DNA from: Clostridiales bacterium
GTDB taxonomy: Bacteria > Bacillota > Clostridia > Lachnospirales > Cellulosilyticaceae
Reading direction: 5' to 3'
Assembly (NCBI GenBank): GCA_019418225.1
Contig: DYCF01000018.1
Location: forward strand, 15,854-79,853
Length of the DNA stretch: 64,000 nt
A model generated the notes under the pieces. That model did no database searches. It saw only the letters and a program-made list of their open reading frames with translations, and was not told the origin of the DNA. This document shows positions 38,413 through 48,749 of the stretch, piece after piece. Both the position numbers and the translations under genes were made by a program. Numbering within the stretch: position 1 is the stretch's first letter; every line of letters starts with the position of its first letter.

Positions 38413-41340
38413 ATGATTAATTTAATGGATTTACAAGGTGAATGGCAATTTGCTCTAGACCCTAATAAACAAGGGATGCCTCAGAATTTCTCGGACACAA
38501 TTATACTTCCTAACACCACTTCACATGCCCAAAAAGGCCCTATTAATGAAGAAATTAAAACAGGTAGCCTTACAGATGAATATGCCTTCTTGGGCTGGGC
38601 ATGGTTTAGACGTGAGCTTACTATTTCTGATGCCACAAATAATTCGCAGATTTTCCTTTTCTTAGAACGTACACGTATCACTAAACTTTGGATAGATGAT
38701 ACATATATTGGGTGTCAAAATAGTTTATGTACACCTCATCTTTATGATGTTACCCATGCACTTTCTCCAGGAAAACATACACTTACTATCTGCGTGGATA
38801 ACACTGATTATCCTACTAAAGGCGGCCACCTTACTTCTGAAGATACCCAGACCAACTGGAATGGAATCACAGGTAAGATTGAACTACGCTTTTTTAGTGA
38901 CTGTTTCTTAAAGGACATTATGGTTTTCCCTAACGTTGCCAATAAAACTATTACAATCAAAGGAAAATTAGAAAGCTGCGCCCCTACTAATCTTCTTGTG
39001 GAAGCACGTAGCTTCAACAGTGATTTTACGCATCATGCCAAACCTATGATTTATACCCTCCAAGGCAAGGCATTTGAAATCACTTATGCCTTAGGGGCAG
39101 AAGCACTTCTCTGGGATGAACATCATCCTAACCTTTATAAACTTTCACTCAAATGCTTCTCAGGGGAACAATTATTAGATCAGCATACTCTCTCTTTTGG
39201 GCTTCGTGAATTCAAAGGCTCAGAAGATAAATTTATCATCAATGGCCGTCCTACCTTCTTACGCGGTAAGCATGATGGACTCATCTTTCCTCTTACAGGT
39301 TTTGCACCTACAGATCTTACCACTTGGCTTCATGTACTTAGTACCGCTAAAGCTTATGGCATTAATCATTATCGCTTTCATACCTGCTGTCCACCAGAAG
39401 CGGCCTTTGAGGCAGCAGACCGTTTAGGGATTTACATGCAGCCTGAACTGCCTTTCTGGGGCACGATTACAGAGGAAGGCGAAGAAAATCACAATCAAGC
39501 TGAACAGGATTACTTAATTAAAGAAGGCTTTAATATGCTTCGCACCTTTGGTAATCATCCTTCTTTTGTGATGATGTCTCTTGGCAATGAGCTCTGGGGT
39601 AGTCAAAAAATCTTAAATACAATTTTGGGAAAATATAAAGCCCTTGACTCTCGTCATCTTTATACACAGGGTTCTAATAACTTTCAATTTTGTCCTTGTA
39701 TCTTAGAACATGATGATTTCTTCAGTGGCGTACGATTTAGTAGAGATCGCCTCTTCCGCGGATCTTATGCCATGTGTGATGCACCTCAAGGTATTTTGCA
39801 AACCATGGCGCCTGGTACTCATTACAATTTTGATGAAGCCATTTATCCCACTGAAATCATTAAATATCTGAATCAACATCAATCTATCTCTGACACCATT
39901 GCCCTTACGGATTCCAATTTAAAGAACGAGCATTCAAATAGCTGTGATGCTACAAGTATAGAAATTCAATATGGTACAGGGGTCAAAAAGGTTTCTATGG
40001 CGGAAATCAATGATGCACTCATTCCGCATATTCCTGTCATTTCTCATGAGGTTGGACAATATGAAACCTTCCCTAATTTTGATGAAATCCAAAAATATAC
40101 TGGTTCTATTAAAGCCAAGAATTTCGAAGTCTTTCGTGAACGCCTTACTGAAAAAGGACTTCTTGATTTAGCGCCAGATTACTTTAAAGCATCTGGTCAA
40201 TTAGCTGTAAGTTGCTATAAAGAGGAAATCGAAACAGCACTTCGCACCAAACATTTAGCTGGGTTCCAGCTTTTAGATTTACAAGACTTTAGTGGCCAGG
40301 GTACTGCCCTTGTAGGCATTTTAGATGCTTTCATGGAATCTAAAGGTTTGATTTCAGATAAGGCGTGGCGTAACTTCTGCTGCGATACTGTTTTATTAGG
40401 TGATTTTGGCAATTATATTTATGAAGCAGGCGAACTCTTTAATAGCAAAGTACATCTTGCTTATTATGGAGATAAGCCACTTAAAAGCAATCAAGTAAAA
40501 TGGCAACTTACCACGCCTACTCAAGTTTTGGCAGAAGGCATACTTCCTGTTCTTGATAAAAGCTATGGTCTTTGCACCTTAGGTGAAGTTGATTTCCGTC
40601 TTCCAGAAGTAAATGTCCCAACACCTGTTACCTTTTCATTAACACTAATCAATCCGCCTCACTTAGCAAACACTAATAATACTAATAACACCATAGATGT
40701 AGATTCTCATATCATTACAAATAGCTATGACCTTATGCTTTATCCACATTTGGATTTTGAATTAACAGAAGTTATCCACGCTAACGGTCAATCACTCCAC
40801 ATTGTCCACACATTTGATGAAGCTAAGGAAAATTTACAACAAGGTAAGTGTGTACTTCTTCTACCACAAAATCATTTAGCAGCTAGTATCCCTGGTACTT
40901 ATTGTACAGACTTCTGGTGTTATCCAATGTTTAGGTCTATTTCCGAATCAGTGGGCAAACCTATCCCTATTGGTACAATGGGTCTTCTCATCCAAAATGA
41001 CCATGCGGCTTTAAAGGAATTTCCAGCTCAATATTATAGTACGCCTTGCTGGTACAATATGGTGACTCATGCGGATTGCCAGATTCTCGATACAGTCACA
41101 CCTCAAATGCGTCCTATTGTTCAAATGATTGATAACTTTGAGCGTAATCATAATCTAGGCCTCTTATATGAAGCCAATGTCTTAAACGGTAAACTGCTCG
41201 TTTGTACTAGCCGTCTTGAAGAAGTTTGGTCTCATATTGAAATCAGACATTTTGCCAAATCAATTATTGATTATGGTCTTTCTTCTGATTTCAACCCTAC
41301 AACTTCACTAGACCCTAGTCTACTCAGCAAATTATTCTAA
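38413..41340 (+). CDS. Glycoside hydrolase family 2
   Basis: DLQGEWQF, WNGITG.IEL, FG.REF, F.INGRP.FLRG, YGINHYRFH, NHPSF.M.SLGNE, SHEVG. Confidence 0.9.
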   Translation: MINLMDLQGEWQFALDPNKQGMPQNFSDTIILPNTTSHAQKGPINEEIKTGSLTDEYAFLGWAWFRRELTISDATNNSQIFLFLERTRITKLWIDDTYIGCQNSLCTPHLYDVTHALSPGKHTLTICVDNTDYPTKGGHLTSEDTQTNWNGITGKIELRFFSDCFLKDIMVFPNVANKTITIKGKLESCAPTNLLVEARSFNSDFTHHAKPMIYTLQGKAFEITYALGAEALLWDEHHPNLYKLSLKCFSGEQLLDQHTLSFGLREFKGSEDKFIINGRPTFLRGKHDGLIFPLTGFAPTDLTTWLHVLSTAKAYGINHYRFHTCCPPEAAFEAADRLGIYMQPELPFWGTITEEGEENHNQAEQDYLIKEGFNMLRTFGNHPSFVMMSLGNELWGSQKILNTILGKYKALDSRHLYTQGSNNFQFCPCILEHDDFFSGVRFSRDRLFRGSYAMCDAPQGILQTMAPGTHYNFDEAIYPTEIIKYLNQHQSISDTIALTDSNLKNEHSNSCDATSIEIQYGTGVKKVSMAEINDALIPHIPVISHEVGQYETFPNFDEIQKYTGSIKAKNFEVFRERLTEKGLLDLAPDYFKASGQLAVSCYKEEIETALRTKHLAGFQLLDLQDFSGQGTALVGILDAFMESKGLISDKAWRNFCCDTVLLGDFGNYIYEAGELFNSKVHLAYYGDKPLKSNQVKWQLTTPTQVLAEGILPVLDKSYGLCTLGEVDFRLPEVNVPTPVTFSLTLINPPHLANTNNTNNTIDVDSHIITNSYDLMLYPHLDFELTEVIHANGQSLHIVHTFDEAKENLQQGKCVLLLPQNHLAASIPGTYCTDFWCYPMFRSISESVGKPIPIGTMGLLIQNDHAALKEFPAQYYSTPCWYNMVTHADCQILDTVTPQMRPIVQMIDNFERNHNLGLLYEANVLNGKLLVCTSRLEEVWSHIEIRHFAKSIIDYGLSSDFNPTTSLDPSLLSKLF

Positions 41341-41343
41341 TAC

Positions 41344-41392
41344 TAAAATACGCCTTAGCGAGACCTATTTAATCTCGCTAAGGCGTATTTTA
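41344..41392. terminator. Bidirectional intrinsic terminator
   Basis: Perfect 20-bp inverted repeat taaaatacgccttagcgaga / tctcgctaaggcgtatttta. Confidence 0.9.
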
Positions 41393-41406
41393 ACTTATTT
41401 ATATTT

Positions 41407-42150
41407 TTAATTAACCCTTGCTAAAAATAATATAGCTGGATACATTTCAAAACCATGTATATACTCTATACTTTGGACTATCTCCCTATCCAATACCCAT
41501 AGACAAGACCAATTCACTCCATACTCTAGTCCCATCTGTTTAATTGCTTCTTTCTGTACTCTTCGTAAACCTTCTAAATCATATCTTAATCCAGTCTCAT
41601 CCATAGCACTTACATAGACATTTAAGGCTTGTAATGTAATGCTCACCATACTCCTTTTTTCATGAGCTTCTAACTTTTCTTTAATCTGCTCAAGCTTCTC
41701 ACAAGACATAGTCCACTCTTCCTTAGCCTCATCTGTAAGTTTGCATTTTATATAAGAAATACTTTTTTTATTAGCTTCAATGCAGTAATTATATGCCCCA
41801 TATCTGCATCTATAATCGGCCCAAATCTGATCGGTATTTATAGCAACCTCTTCATCTAAATTGTCCCAGTGTACTCTAATTGGTGATTTCATCATAAAAC
41901 CTTTTGAGGCTCTTGCTAACGCTGGTGCTAAAATTTCATGGAAAACTTCTTCTTGAAAAGTATAAGGTGACCTTTTTAATTGCTTCATCATCCTATAGCT
42001 TTCACTAATAATTTCACTCATCCCAATGTCAATAAATTTTTTAATGGAATCTATTCCTGTTATCTTTCCTAATCTATTATCAATATAAAATTGACCTACT
42101 TCAGCATATGAATAGACTTCCTCTTTTACACCTTTAACTTTTTCCAGCAT
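41407..42150 (-). CDS. Hypothetical protein
   Basis: 247-aa ORF with G-rich RBS; no recognised motif. Confidence 0.6.
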   Translation of the reverse strand: MLEKVKGVKEEVYSYAEVGQFYIDNRLGKITGIDSIKKFIDIGMSEIISESYRMMKQLKRSPYTFQEEVFHEILAPALARASKGFMMKSPIRVHWDNLDEEVAINTDQIWADYRCRYGAYNYCIEANKKSISYIKCKLTDEAKEEWTMSCEKLEQIKEKLEAHEKRSMVSITLQALNVYVSAMDETGLRYDLEGLRRVQKEAIKQMGLEYGVNWSCLWVLDREIVQSIEYIHGFEMYPAILFLARVN

Positions 42151-42313
42151 CTCTTCGCCCCCCCATCAGCTTTATGCTACCGCTACAGCTTTTATCTCTT
42201 TTAATAGACTGAATTATCTCACTACTCTATTATTATATTCGGTAGTATCTAGGGTCACAATGAGGAGATTTTAACAATTTTAAAAATTTATTTTGTATTT
42301 TTTGATACCTCCC

Positions 42314-42428
42314 CATAGATTTCACATTTATAAATTTTAGTTATTCATGACTTTTAGTAATGTGAAATCATTGAGAGAAATCTATTTATCTACATGTATA
42401 TTTCAAGGTTTTAGTTGGTTTCTCTATA
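42314..42428 (+). repeat. 111-bp dispersed repeat copy overlapping the tyrS stop codon
   Basis: catagatttcacat...ggtttctc+tata. Confidence 0.95.
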
Positions 42429-43632
42429 TAAGCCTTATAAATTTCTTTTTACCGATTCTCAGTACATCTCCCACCTTAACTGTTGTCTCTAACGTCTTTA
42501 CAACTTCTTGGTTAATTCTTACCCCACCTTGTAAAATAAGGCGTCTAAACTCACTGCCACTGGCTACATATTGCTCTGCCACCAATATAGGACTTAACTG
42601 AACTAACTGCATTTCTGATGCTTCACCTAACTTCATTTCTGGAATCTGGTCTGGAATAGCCTTTTTACTAAAGGCTTCTTCGTAGTATTTCTCAGCTTCC
42701 TTGACTTCATCTGTTGTATGGTATAATCCCGTAATAATTTGAGCTAACTCAAATTTTACATCTCTAGGATTCTTACCTTCTTCAAGTGCAGTTTGAATTT
42801 CTTTAATACGGTCAGGATGCTCATCTGTAGCAAGTTCAAAATATTTGATAATAAGCGCATCTGGCACTTCCATCACCTTTTTAAACATAATATGTGCCGG
42901 CTCATTTACACCAATATAGTTACCTAGGCTCTTACTCATTTTCTCCACGCCATCAAGCCCTTCTAATATTGGCATAAATAATGCAACCTGTGCATCCTGT
43001 CCCATAGTCTTTTGAAGTGTTCTTCCAATCAGAATATTAAAGGTCTGGTCCGTTCCACCAAGTTCAATATCTGCCTCTAATGTCACCGAGTCAAAGGCTT
43101 GCATTAATGGGTAAAAGAATTCATGTACACCAATTGGAATATTGTTTTTGTAGCGGTTTTGGAAATCATCTCGTTCTAGCATACGCGCTACTGTCGTTGT
43201 TGCCGCTAATTTTAAAACATCCTCAAAGTTCAATTTACTGAGCCACTCACTATTAAAACGCACTTCTGTCTTATCTCTATCAAGCACCTTAAAAATCTGT
43301 TTTTCATAAGTCTTAGCATTTTCTAATACTTGCTCATCTGTTAATGCTTTTCTGCCCTTAGACTTACCTGTAGGGTCACCTATCTTCCCTGTAAAATCAC
43401 CAATGATAATCACAGCGCGGTGTCCTAAGTCCTGCATCTGCTTGATTTTGCGAAGTACTACTGCATGCCCTAAATGAATATCTGGCGCACTAGGGTCTAA
43501 GCCTAACTTAATCACTAAAGGCTTATTCTCCTTTTCACTCTTCTCCAGCTTTTTTCTTAAGTCCTCTTCATTAACAACTGTTGCTACACCTTTAGTAATG
43601 ATTTTAATTTGTTCCTCAATAGATTTTTTCAT
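42424..43632 (-). CDS. tyrS: Tyrosine--tRNA ligase
   Basis: GLDPSAPDIHLGH (HIGH), GGTDQ.FN, KMSKS, C-terminal S4 domain. Confidence 0.97.
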   Translation of the reverse strand: MKKSIEEQIKIITKGVATVVNEEDLRKKLEKSEKENKPLVIKLGLDPSAPDIHLGHAVVLRKIKQMQDLGHRAVIIIGDFTGKIGDPTGKSKGRKALTDEQVLENAKTYEKQIFKVLDRDKTEVRFNSEWLSKLNFEDVLKLAATTTVARMLERDDFQNRYKNNIPIGVHEFFYPLMQAFDSVTLEADIELGGTDQTFNILIGRTLQKTMGQDAQVALFMPILEGLDGVEKMSKSLGNYIGVNEPAHIMFKKVMEVPDALIIKYFELATDEHPDRIKEIQTALEEGKNPRDVKFELAQIITGLYHTTDEVKEAEKYYEEAFSKKAIPDQIPEMKLGEASEMQLVQLSPILVAEQYVASGSEFRRLILQGGVRINQEVVKTLETTVKVGDVLRIGKKKFIRLI

Positions 43633-43682
43633 AAAATATCACCCCTTGTTTAAAATTAATTTGAAATTTTTTTACCTACGAC

Positions 43683-43991
43683 AAAAAAGCACCTCGTCCC
43701 TTGTTTCCAAAGGACGAGGTGCTTTAGCCGCTCTCGTGTTACCACCTTAGGTTTATAGGTAGCTCACGCTACCTACCTCTTCAAGTACGCCTCCCAAATT
43801 GAGAGGTTATACTCTAGCACTATAACGTGTGCAGGAATCCGTCACAGCCTACTACATTTCTGATTCGGTGTGAAGCTCAAAGATGTATTCATAATCAGTT
43901 TGTCATGCACCTCTCATCAATTGAGTAAAAACACTCACCGGTAACTTTCTGTATGCCTTACTGACTACTACTTGTTCTTATCATAGCTTTT
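43683..43991 (-). ncRNA. T-box riboswitch (Tyr specifier)
   Basis: AAGGTGGTAACACGAG T-box (43748-43733), terminator aagcacctcgtcc/ggacgaggtgctt with U tract, specifier UAC in GAATACA (43887-43885). Confidence 0.92.
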
Positions 43992-44060
43992 CTTAATCTT
44001 ATACGCCGAAATATAGCTTACGCTATAAGTCTTCGTTATGTCGTTTATTAAATTAATAGT

Positions 44061-44089
44061 ATTATATGCAGTTAATTTTAAGTTATCAA
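44061..44089 (-). promoter_or_regulatory. Sigma-A promoter of the tyrS leader
   Basis: TTGATA-17-TATAAT on the minus strand. Confidence 0.7.
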
Positions 44090-44126
44090 CTGCTAACATC
44101 TCCTCTTTCCATTTTGATTTAATCTA

Positions 44127-44999
44127 CTACCTTAATCCTTTCTTTTTGGCGTCTACATAACTTGCTGCTGATAAAGCCGCAATATTTCCTTCACCTGCTG
44201 ACTTAATATATTGATAAGGTTTTCCTACAATATCCCCTGCTGCAAAGCAACCTGGGATACTTGTTTTCATTGTGCGATCTACCTTCACATGTTGCTCATC
44301 TAATTCAATACCTGGTAGTAATGTGCTTGGGCTGATATTAGCTCTAAGTATAAAAATACCATCAGTTTCTAGTTCAGTATCTTTTAGCACTAATTTGCTT
44401 ACTTGATTTTCGCCTTCAATTTTGACAGGTCTATCATTGATAATCTCTACATTTTCTACTACTTCTACAGGTTCTTTATACATTGGTACATAATATACTT
44501 TAGCAGCTAATCCTGCTAAGAAATCTACTTCTTCTTCCTCACGTTTATCATAACCAATAACCGTTACAGTTTTTCCACGGTATAATCCCCCATCACAAGT
44601 TGCACAGTAGCTTACGCCTCTTCCAAGGAATTGTTCTTCGCCTTCAAGCATTCTACCCGCCTGCATACCTGTTGCTAAAATAACGGCTTCGGTTTCATAC
44701 ATCTCATTGTTGGCCATAACTACGAAATAATCACCCATCTGATAAACATTTGTAACCTTTTGCTCCGTAATCGTAATCTCCATTTGCTCCATATGTTCCC
44801 TAAATGCAGCTTGAATCTCGACACCGCTTTTAGCTGGTAGTCCTAAATAATTGTCGATTTGATGTGCCTTCTCTAATTTAGTACTAAAATTTTTATTCCC
44901 AAATATAATAAATTTCTTATTACGAATCTTAGCATTAATTGCTGCTGATAGTCCTGCTGGTCCTGTTCCAATAATAGCTATATCATATCGTTCATTCAT
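44127..44999 (-). CDS. trxB: Thioredoxin reductase-like flavoprotein
   Basis: G.GPAGLSAA, GRGVSYCATCDG, FAAGD; ATG at 44999 after AAGGAG. Confidence 0.85.
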   Translation of the reverse strand: MNERYDIAIIGTGPAGLSAAINAKIRNKKFIIFGNKNFSTKLEKAHQIDNYLGLPAKSGVEIQAAFREHMEQMEITITEQKVTNVYQMGDYFVVMANNEMYETEAVILATGMQAGRMLEGEEQFLGRGVSYCATCDGGLYRGKTVTVIGYDKREEEEVDFLAGLAAKVYYVPMYKEPVEVVENVEIINDRPVKIEGENQVSKLVLKDTELETDGIFILRANISPSTLLPGIELDEQHVKVDRTMKTSIPGCFAAGDIVGKPYQYIKSAGEGNIAALSAASYVDAKKKGLR

Positions 45000-45030
45000 C
45001 TTACCGCTCTCCTTCACCTTTTATTTTTCA

Positions 45031-46716
45031 CTATTTACTTTCCCCTCTTCTGGCATTTTCAATTACCATAACTCCTAGAAGTCCAAAACTTCCTATCCAA
45101 AACAAACTAATAAGTGGTTTTGTCGTATAAATTATTATACTATCTTTTTCATGTAAATTAGTCCCCTTTGGCTGTTCTATTACTCGGTCTTCCAACATCC
45201 TAGAAAATATACTCATTGGCGCTTGTTCTTCAGCTGCTTTCATAAACTTTCCTCCCATGCCTGCTGAAGTAATACCACCTACCAACATCACTAATAGCAG
45301 CAGATGTGTCCAATAATAATACCTGTTTCTTCCTTTCAGCCCTGTTAAGATATATCCTAAAAGAGGAATCAGTACAATCCATAAAACTAATGTAAGCCCC
45401 ACACTTCTATAATCAAAATATCGTGCCATAGCTACACTTATAACTGCTCCCAATACCAAAACCACACTCAATTTTTTACCAATTTTTTGACGTTCTATAC
45501 CTAAAATTAATAGGCCATTAACAATCACATAACCTATAGTTAATCTATTGTAAAAGTGCATAGGAACTTGTACTTTTATAAATAAAGGGCATATGGTTCC
45601 AATTAAAATCGCATACGCATAAATACACGTCATGACTCTAAAGCATGCTATATAATCTAATGTTCTTCTTGTTAGCCCTTGCCCCTTTTGCTTCTTAAGC
45701 TGTCTAAAGCCTCTAACACCTATTATGCCTATGATACAAACTACAAATATACCTAGTATAATGAATCTTCCTCTTGCCATCTCGCCTACATAAGCGTGTA
45801 CAGATGCATTTGCTAAAAGTCCACTCCTTACTAAAAATGTACCAAATGCAGCAATAATAAACGGCAAAATACACTTATCTCTTGTCCAGTTAATATTTTT
45901 TCCTTTTTCGTTGCTAAAGCTACGAAAATCACCATTTTGTTTTGCCAATTTATTTTTGTTTATATGACTATACGCACATAAAAGTAGCCATGGTACCAAA
46001 GCTATATTTTCAATAGGATCCCATGCCCAATATCCACCCCAACCTAAGGCGCGATACGCCCAGACACTCCCAGTCATAATACCAAGTCCTAGAAAAAGCA
46101 TACTTTTCCTTGCCCAGTTTTTTATAACCTCCTCATAGTCTCCTCCCTCTAAACGATTCATCCCTAATGCAAACACAATCGCCATAGCAGTATAACCTAT
46201 AAATACAAGTGGTGGATGTACTACCATCCAAGGATCTTGAAGAGCTTTACTTAACCCTTTTCCATCTGCCGGTATTGCATTTAATACTTTAAAAGGCCTT
46301 ACAACGAAACTCATGGTAAGTATAGCTACTGTAATTCCTGCGTAAACAGGAAATGTTCTTTGATGCTTTAGGTCCTTAACATAACTTATATTTAAAACCA
46401 TGTATCCCATCAGCACTAATATAAATCCCCATAATAAAAATGAACCTTCCTTCCCTGCCCATAAGGCAGAGATACAGTATATAAAAGGCAATTCCAAATT
46501 AGTGTGTTCGTAGACATATTTAAAGCTAAAGTAATGATTTACTAAATAGCATAGCATCAACATAAATGCAGTCCCTATACCTATCATGCCTAAACGCCAC
46601 AATCTATAAGCTCTATCTCTACATACTTTATCCCCCTTATTTTTTGCATAACATAAACCACTTGCCCCACATGCAATAACACTTATAGCAATCAACAAAT
46701 CTTCCGCTCTTAACAT
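45031..46716 (-). CDS. ccmF: Cytochrome c maturation heme lyase, CcmF/NrfE-like
   Basis: WAGKEGS.LLW, LQDPWM.VHPP, WAY..LGWGGYWAWDPIEN (WWD motif), GTFLVRSG...SVHA. Confidence 0.88.
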   Translation of the reverse strand: MLRAEDLLIAISVIACGASGLCYAKNKGDKVCRDRAYRLWRLGMIGIGTAFMLMLCYLVNHYFSFKYVYEHTNLELPFIYCISALWAGKEGSFLLWGFILVLMGYMVLNISYVKDLKHQRTFPVYAGITVAILTMSFVVRPFKVLNAIPADGKGLSKALQDPWMVVHPPLVFIGYTAMAIVFALGMNRLEGGDYEEVIKNWARKSMLFLGLGIMTGSVWAYRALGWGGYWAWDPIENIALVPWLLLCAYSHINKNKLAKQNGDFRSFSNEKGKNINWTRDKCILPFIIAAFGTFLVRSGLLANASVHAYVGEMARGRFIILGIFVVCIIGIIGVRGFRQLKKQKGQGLTRRTLDYIACFRVMTCIYAYAILIGTICPLFIKVQVPMHFYNRLTIGYVIVNGLLILGIERQKIGKKLSVVLVLGAVISVAMARYFDYRSVGLTLVLWIVLIPLLGYILTGLKGRNRYYYWTHLLLLVMLVGGITSAGMGGKFMKAAEEQAPMSIFSRMLEDRVIEQPKGTNLHEKDSIIIYTTKPLISLFWIGSFGLLGVMVIENARRGESK

Positions 46717-46747
46717 ACTTTTCCTCCTGCTGTTTTTCTATCTTTCC

Positions 46748-46860
46748 TATAGATTTCACATTTATAAAATTTGATTAGTCCTAGTTTTTAGTCATGTGAA
46801 ATCATTGGGAGAAACCTATTTACCTAGATATATTTCAAGTTTTTAGCTGGTTTCTCTATA
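46748..46860 (+). repeat. Dispersed repeat copy (109 bp + TATA) overlapping the cytochrome gene 3' end
   Basis: tatagatttcacat...ggtttctc+tata. Confidence 0.95.
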
Positions 46861-48186
46861 TTTCTTAAATAAACTTTTGAATATATTTATCTTACTTTCC
46901 GCCTTTCCTTCTCTTGCCTTCTTATTTTCCTGCATCACTTTTCTTTGCTCTTTAGTTAAGCTATGATGCACCTTACCTTGTTTTTTGTTATTATGACAGA
47001 CGCTACATTTTTCAATAGGTCCTGCTTCACCTTGTATACTTTCAGGTAACTTATTATCTATTTCAAGGGTAGATTCCCACTCTGCATGAGGGCCATTGTG
47101 ACAAGAAATACACTGAACCTTTCCATTCATCTCTTGGGCTGGTGAATTATTTAGATATGAATTACGATACAACTTTCCTTCATTATTTGCATATTTCTCC
47201 CCATGACATTCTTGACAATTAGGCTCTTGTAGCCAAGCTTGTCTACCTTCAGACTGGCTTTTAGCCACTTGTGCTACTCCGCCATGACAATCCTCATCGC
47301 CACAGGCAATCCCCTCTTTTTTCATCACACCGCGATAGCATTGTGTTTCTACACCTGGATGACAGCTATAGCAGACCGGATCTTGAATAGGTGACACTTC
47401 CACTTTATCTGCATGAAAAGCATGTATTGCCTCAGAAAGAGGTAATATATCTTCTTTTCCTTTTTCTCCTATTGCATTGTCTTCGTGGCAATCTGCACAT
47501 TTATGACGTTCACCCTTCATTAAATCTGCGACTAAACTTGTCCCTGATAATTTATCATGAGCTTTTAAAATATTAAGGTCTGTATTATTTTCACCATGAC
47601 AGATGCCACAATCCATTTCATCAGAAACTGGAACTACAATTTTATCTGTCATTGCTAATTCTTTACCTGTCTTAGTATCTGTTACTGTTACCTTAACGAG
47701 CTGATACGGATTACGTACTTTACTGCCATCGTTATATGGGGTAACGGGTACAGCAGTAGCCTCAAAGTACCTTTGATCTTCAGATAATTTCATCTCACCT
47801 GCTAAACCATTTCCCGTTATGCCTATGTTAGTTGATACATTATATCCATAGTCCTTAGCATATTGCCAGAAGTTGCTTTTACCTACAGATGTCGTATTAT
47901 CAATCATTTCATAACTCACCTTAATGCCATCAGTTACTAACCTATTCTTAGTCTGTCCTTTTTCAAAAACCTGTACACGAATATTATTAGCTGGTGGTAA
48001 AATCATAAAACTTGAATAATCCTGCTGTATACAGTGCATGCCTAAATCATTGGCGCCTAATAGCACATATTCTTTGGAATCATTCACTGCGGTAGCTCTT
48101 ACCCCTTCTCCCATTGCTATATAAATACTTACTATGCATGCAAGTACTATGCCTATACGTTTGATGATATTTCTCATTGATGTCAC
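46843..48186 (-). CDS. Exported multiheme c-type cytochrome
   Basis: N-terminal signal/TM; six CXXCH (CGICH, CADCH, CYSCH, CQECH, CISCH, CSVCH) plus one CX4CH (CGDEDCH); NDLGMHC motif. Confidence 0.9.
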   Translation of the reverse strand: MTSMRNIIKRIGIVLACIVSIYIAMGEGVRATAVNDSKEYVLLGANDLGMHCIQQDYSSFMILPPANNIRVQVFEKGQTKNRLVTDGIKVSYEMIDNTTSVGKSNFWQYAKDYGYNVSTNIGITGNGLAGEMKLSEDQRYFEATAVPVTPYNDGSKVRNPYQLVKVTVTDTKTGKELAMTDKIVVPVSDEMDCGICHGENNTDLNILKAHDKLSGTSLVADLMKGERHKCADCHEDNAIGEKGKEDILPLSEAIHAFHADKVEVSPIQDPVCYSCHPGVETQCYRGVMKKEGIACGDEDCHGGVAQVAKSQSEGRQAWLQEPNCQECHGEKYANNEGKLYRNSYLNNSPAQEMNGKVQCISCHNGPHAEWESTLEIDNKLPESIQGEAGPIEKCSVCHNNKKQGKVHHSLTKEQRKVMQENKKAREGKAESKINIFKSLFKKYRETS

Positions 48187-48316
48187 AATCCCTTCTACCT
48201 TGTATGTACGCCGTAATACACTTTGGGCTTATACTCTCTCTTATTTATACCCTATGCTAAATAATTTTATGTACTATGAGTTTCAAGGCATTTAGTTATT
48301 TCCTAAATTTAACTCC

Positions 48317-48366
48317 TTGACAAATTAAAACGTCCAGGCGTATTATTGTATTAATCCTTTAATACA
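48317..48366 (+). promoter_or_regulatory. Promoter with YtrA-type GntR operator
   Basis: TTGACA(48317)-18-TATTAT followed by palindrome tgtattaa-tcct-ttaataca (48347-48366). Confidence 0.75.
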
Positions 48367-48382
48367 GTTTGGAGACAACAAT

Positions 48383-48748
48383 ATGACATGGAAATTTGAT
48401 AGCGATAAGCCAATCTATATTCAACTTGTAGAGATGCTTAAACTCAAAATTATTTCAAAAGAACTTCCTGTTGGCAGTAAATTACCTTCCGTTCGTGATT
48501 TTGCAGAGGAAGCTGGTGTCAATCCGAACACCATGCAACGTGCCCTTGCAGAATTAGAAACACAAAATCTCGTTTTTACAAAGCGTACCTCAGGACGTTT
48601 TGTTACTGAAGATGAAGATTATATTCAAACGATTCGTGATGAATATGCCAAAAGTAAAGTGCAAGAGCTTATTACTGCACTTATTAAATTAGGGTATGCC
48701 CCTAATGAACTTATTCCATTAATTGATGCATATATAAAGGAGAATTAA
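48383..48748 (+). CDS. GntR-family regulator (YtrA subfamily)
   Basis: PIYIQL, KLPSVR, VNPNTMQRA; short C-terminus. Confidence 0.92.
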   Translation: MTWKFDSDKPIYIQLVEMLKLKIISKELPVGSKLPSVRDFAEEAGVNPNTMQRALAELETQNLVFTKRTSGRFVTEDEDYIQTIRDEYAKSKVQELITALIKLGYAPNELIPLIDAYIKEN

Positions 48749-48749
48749 T

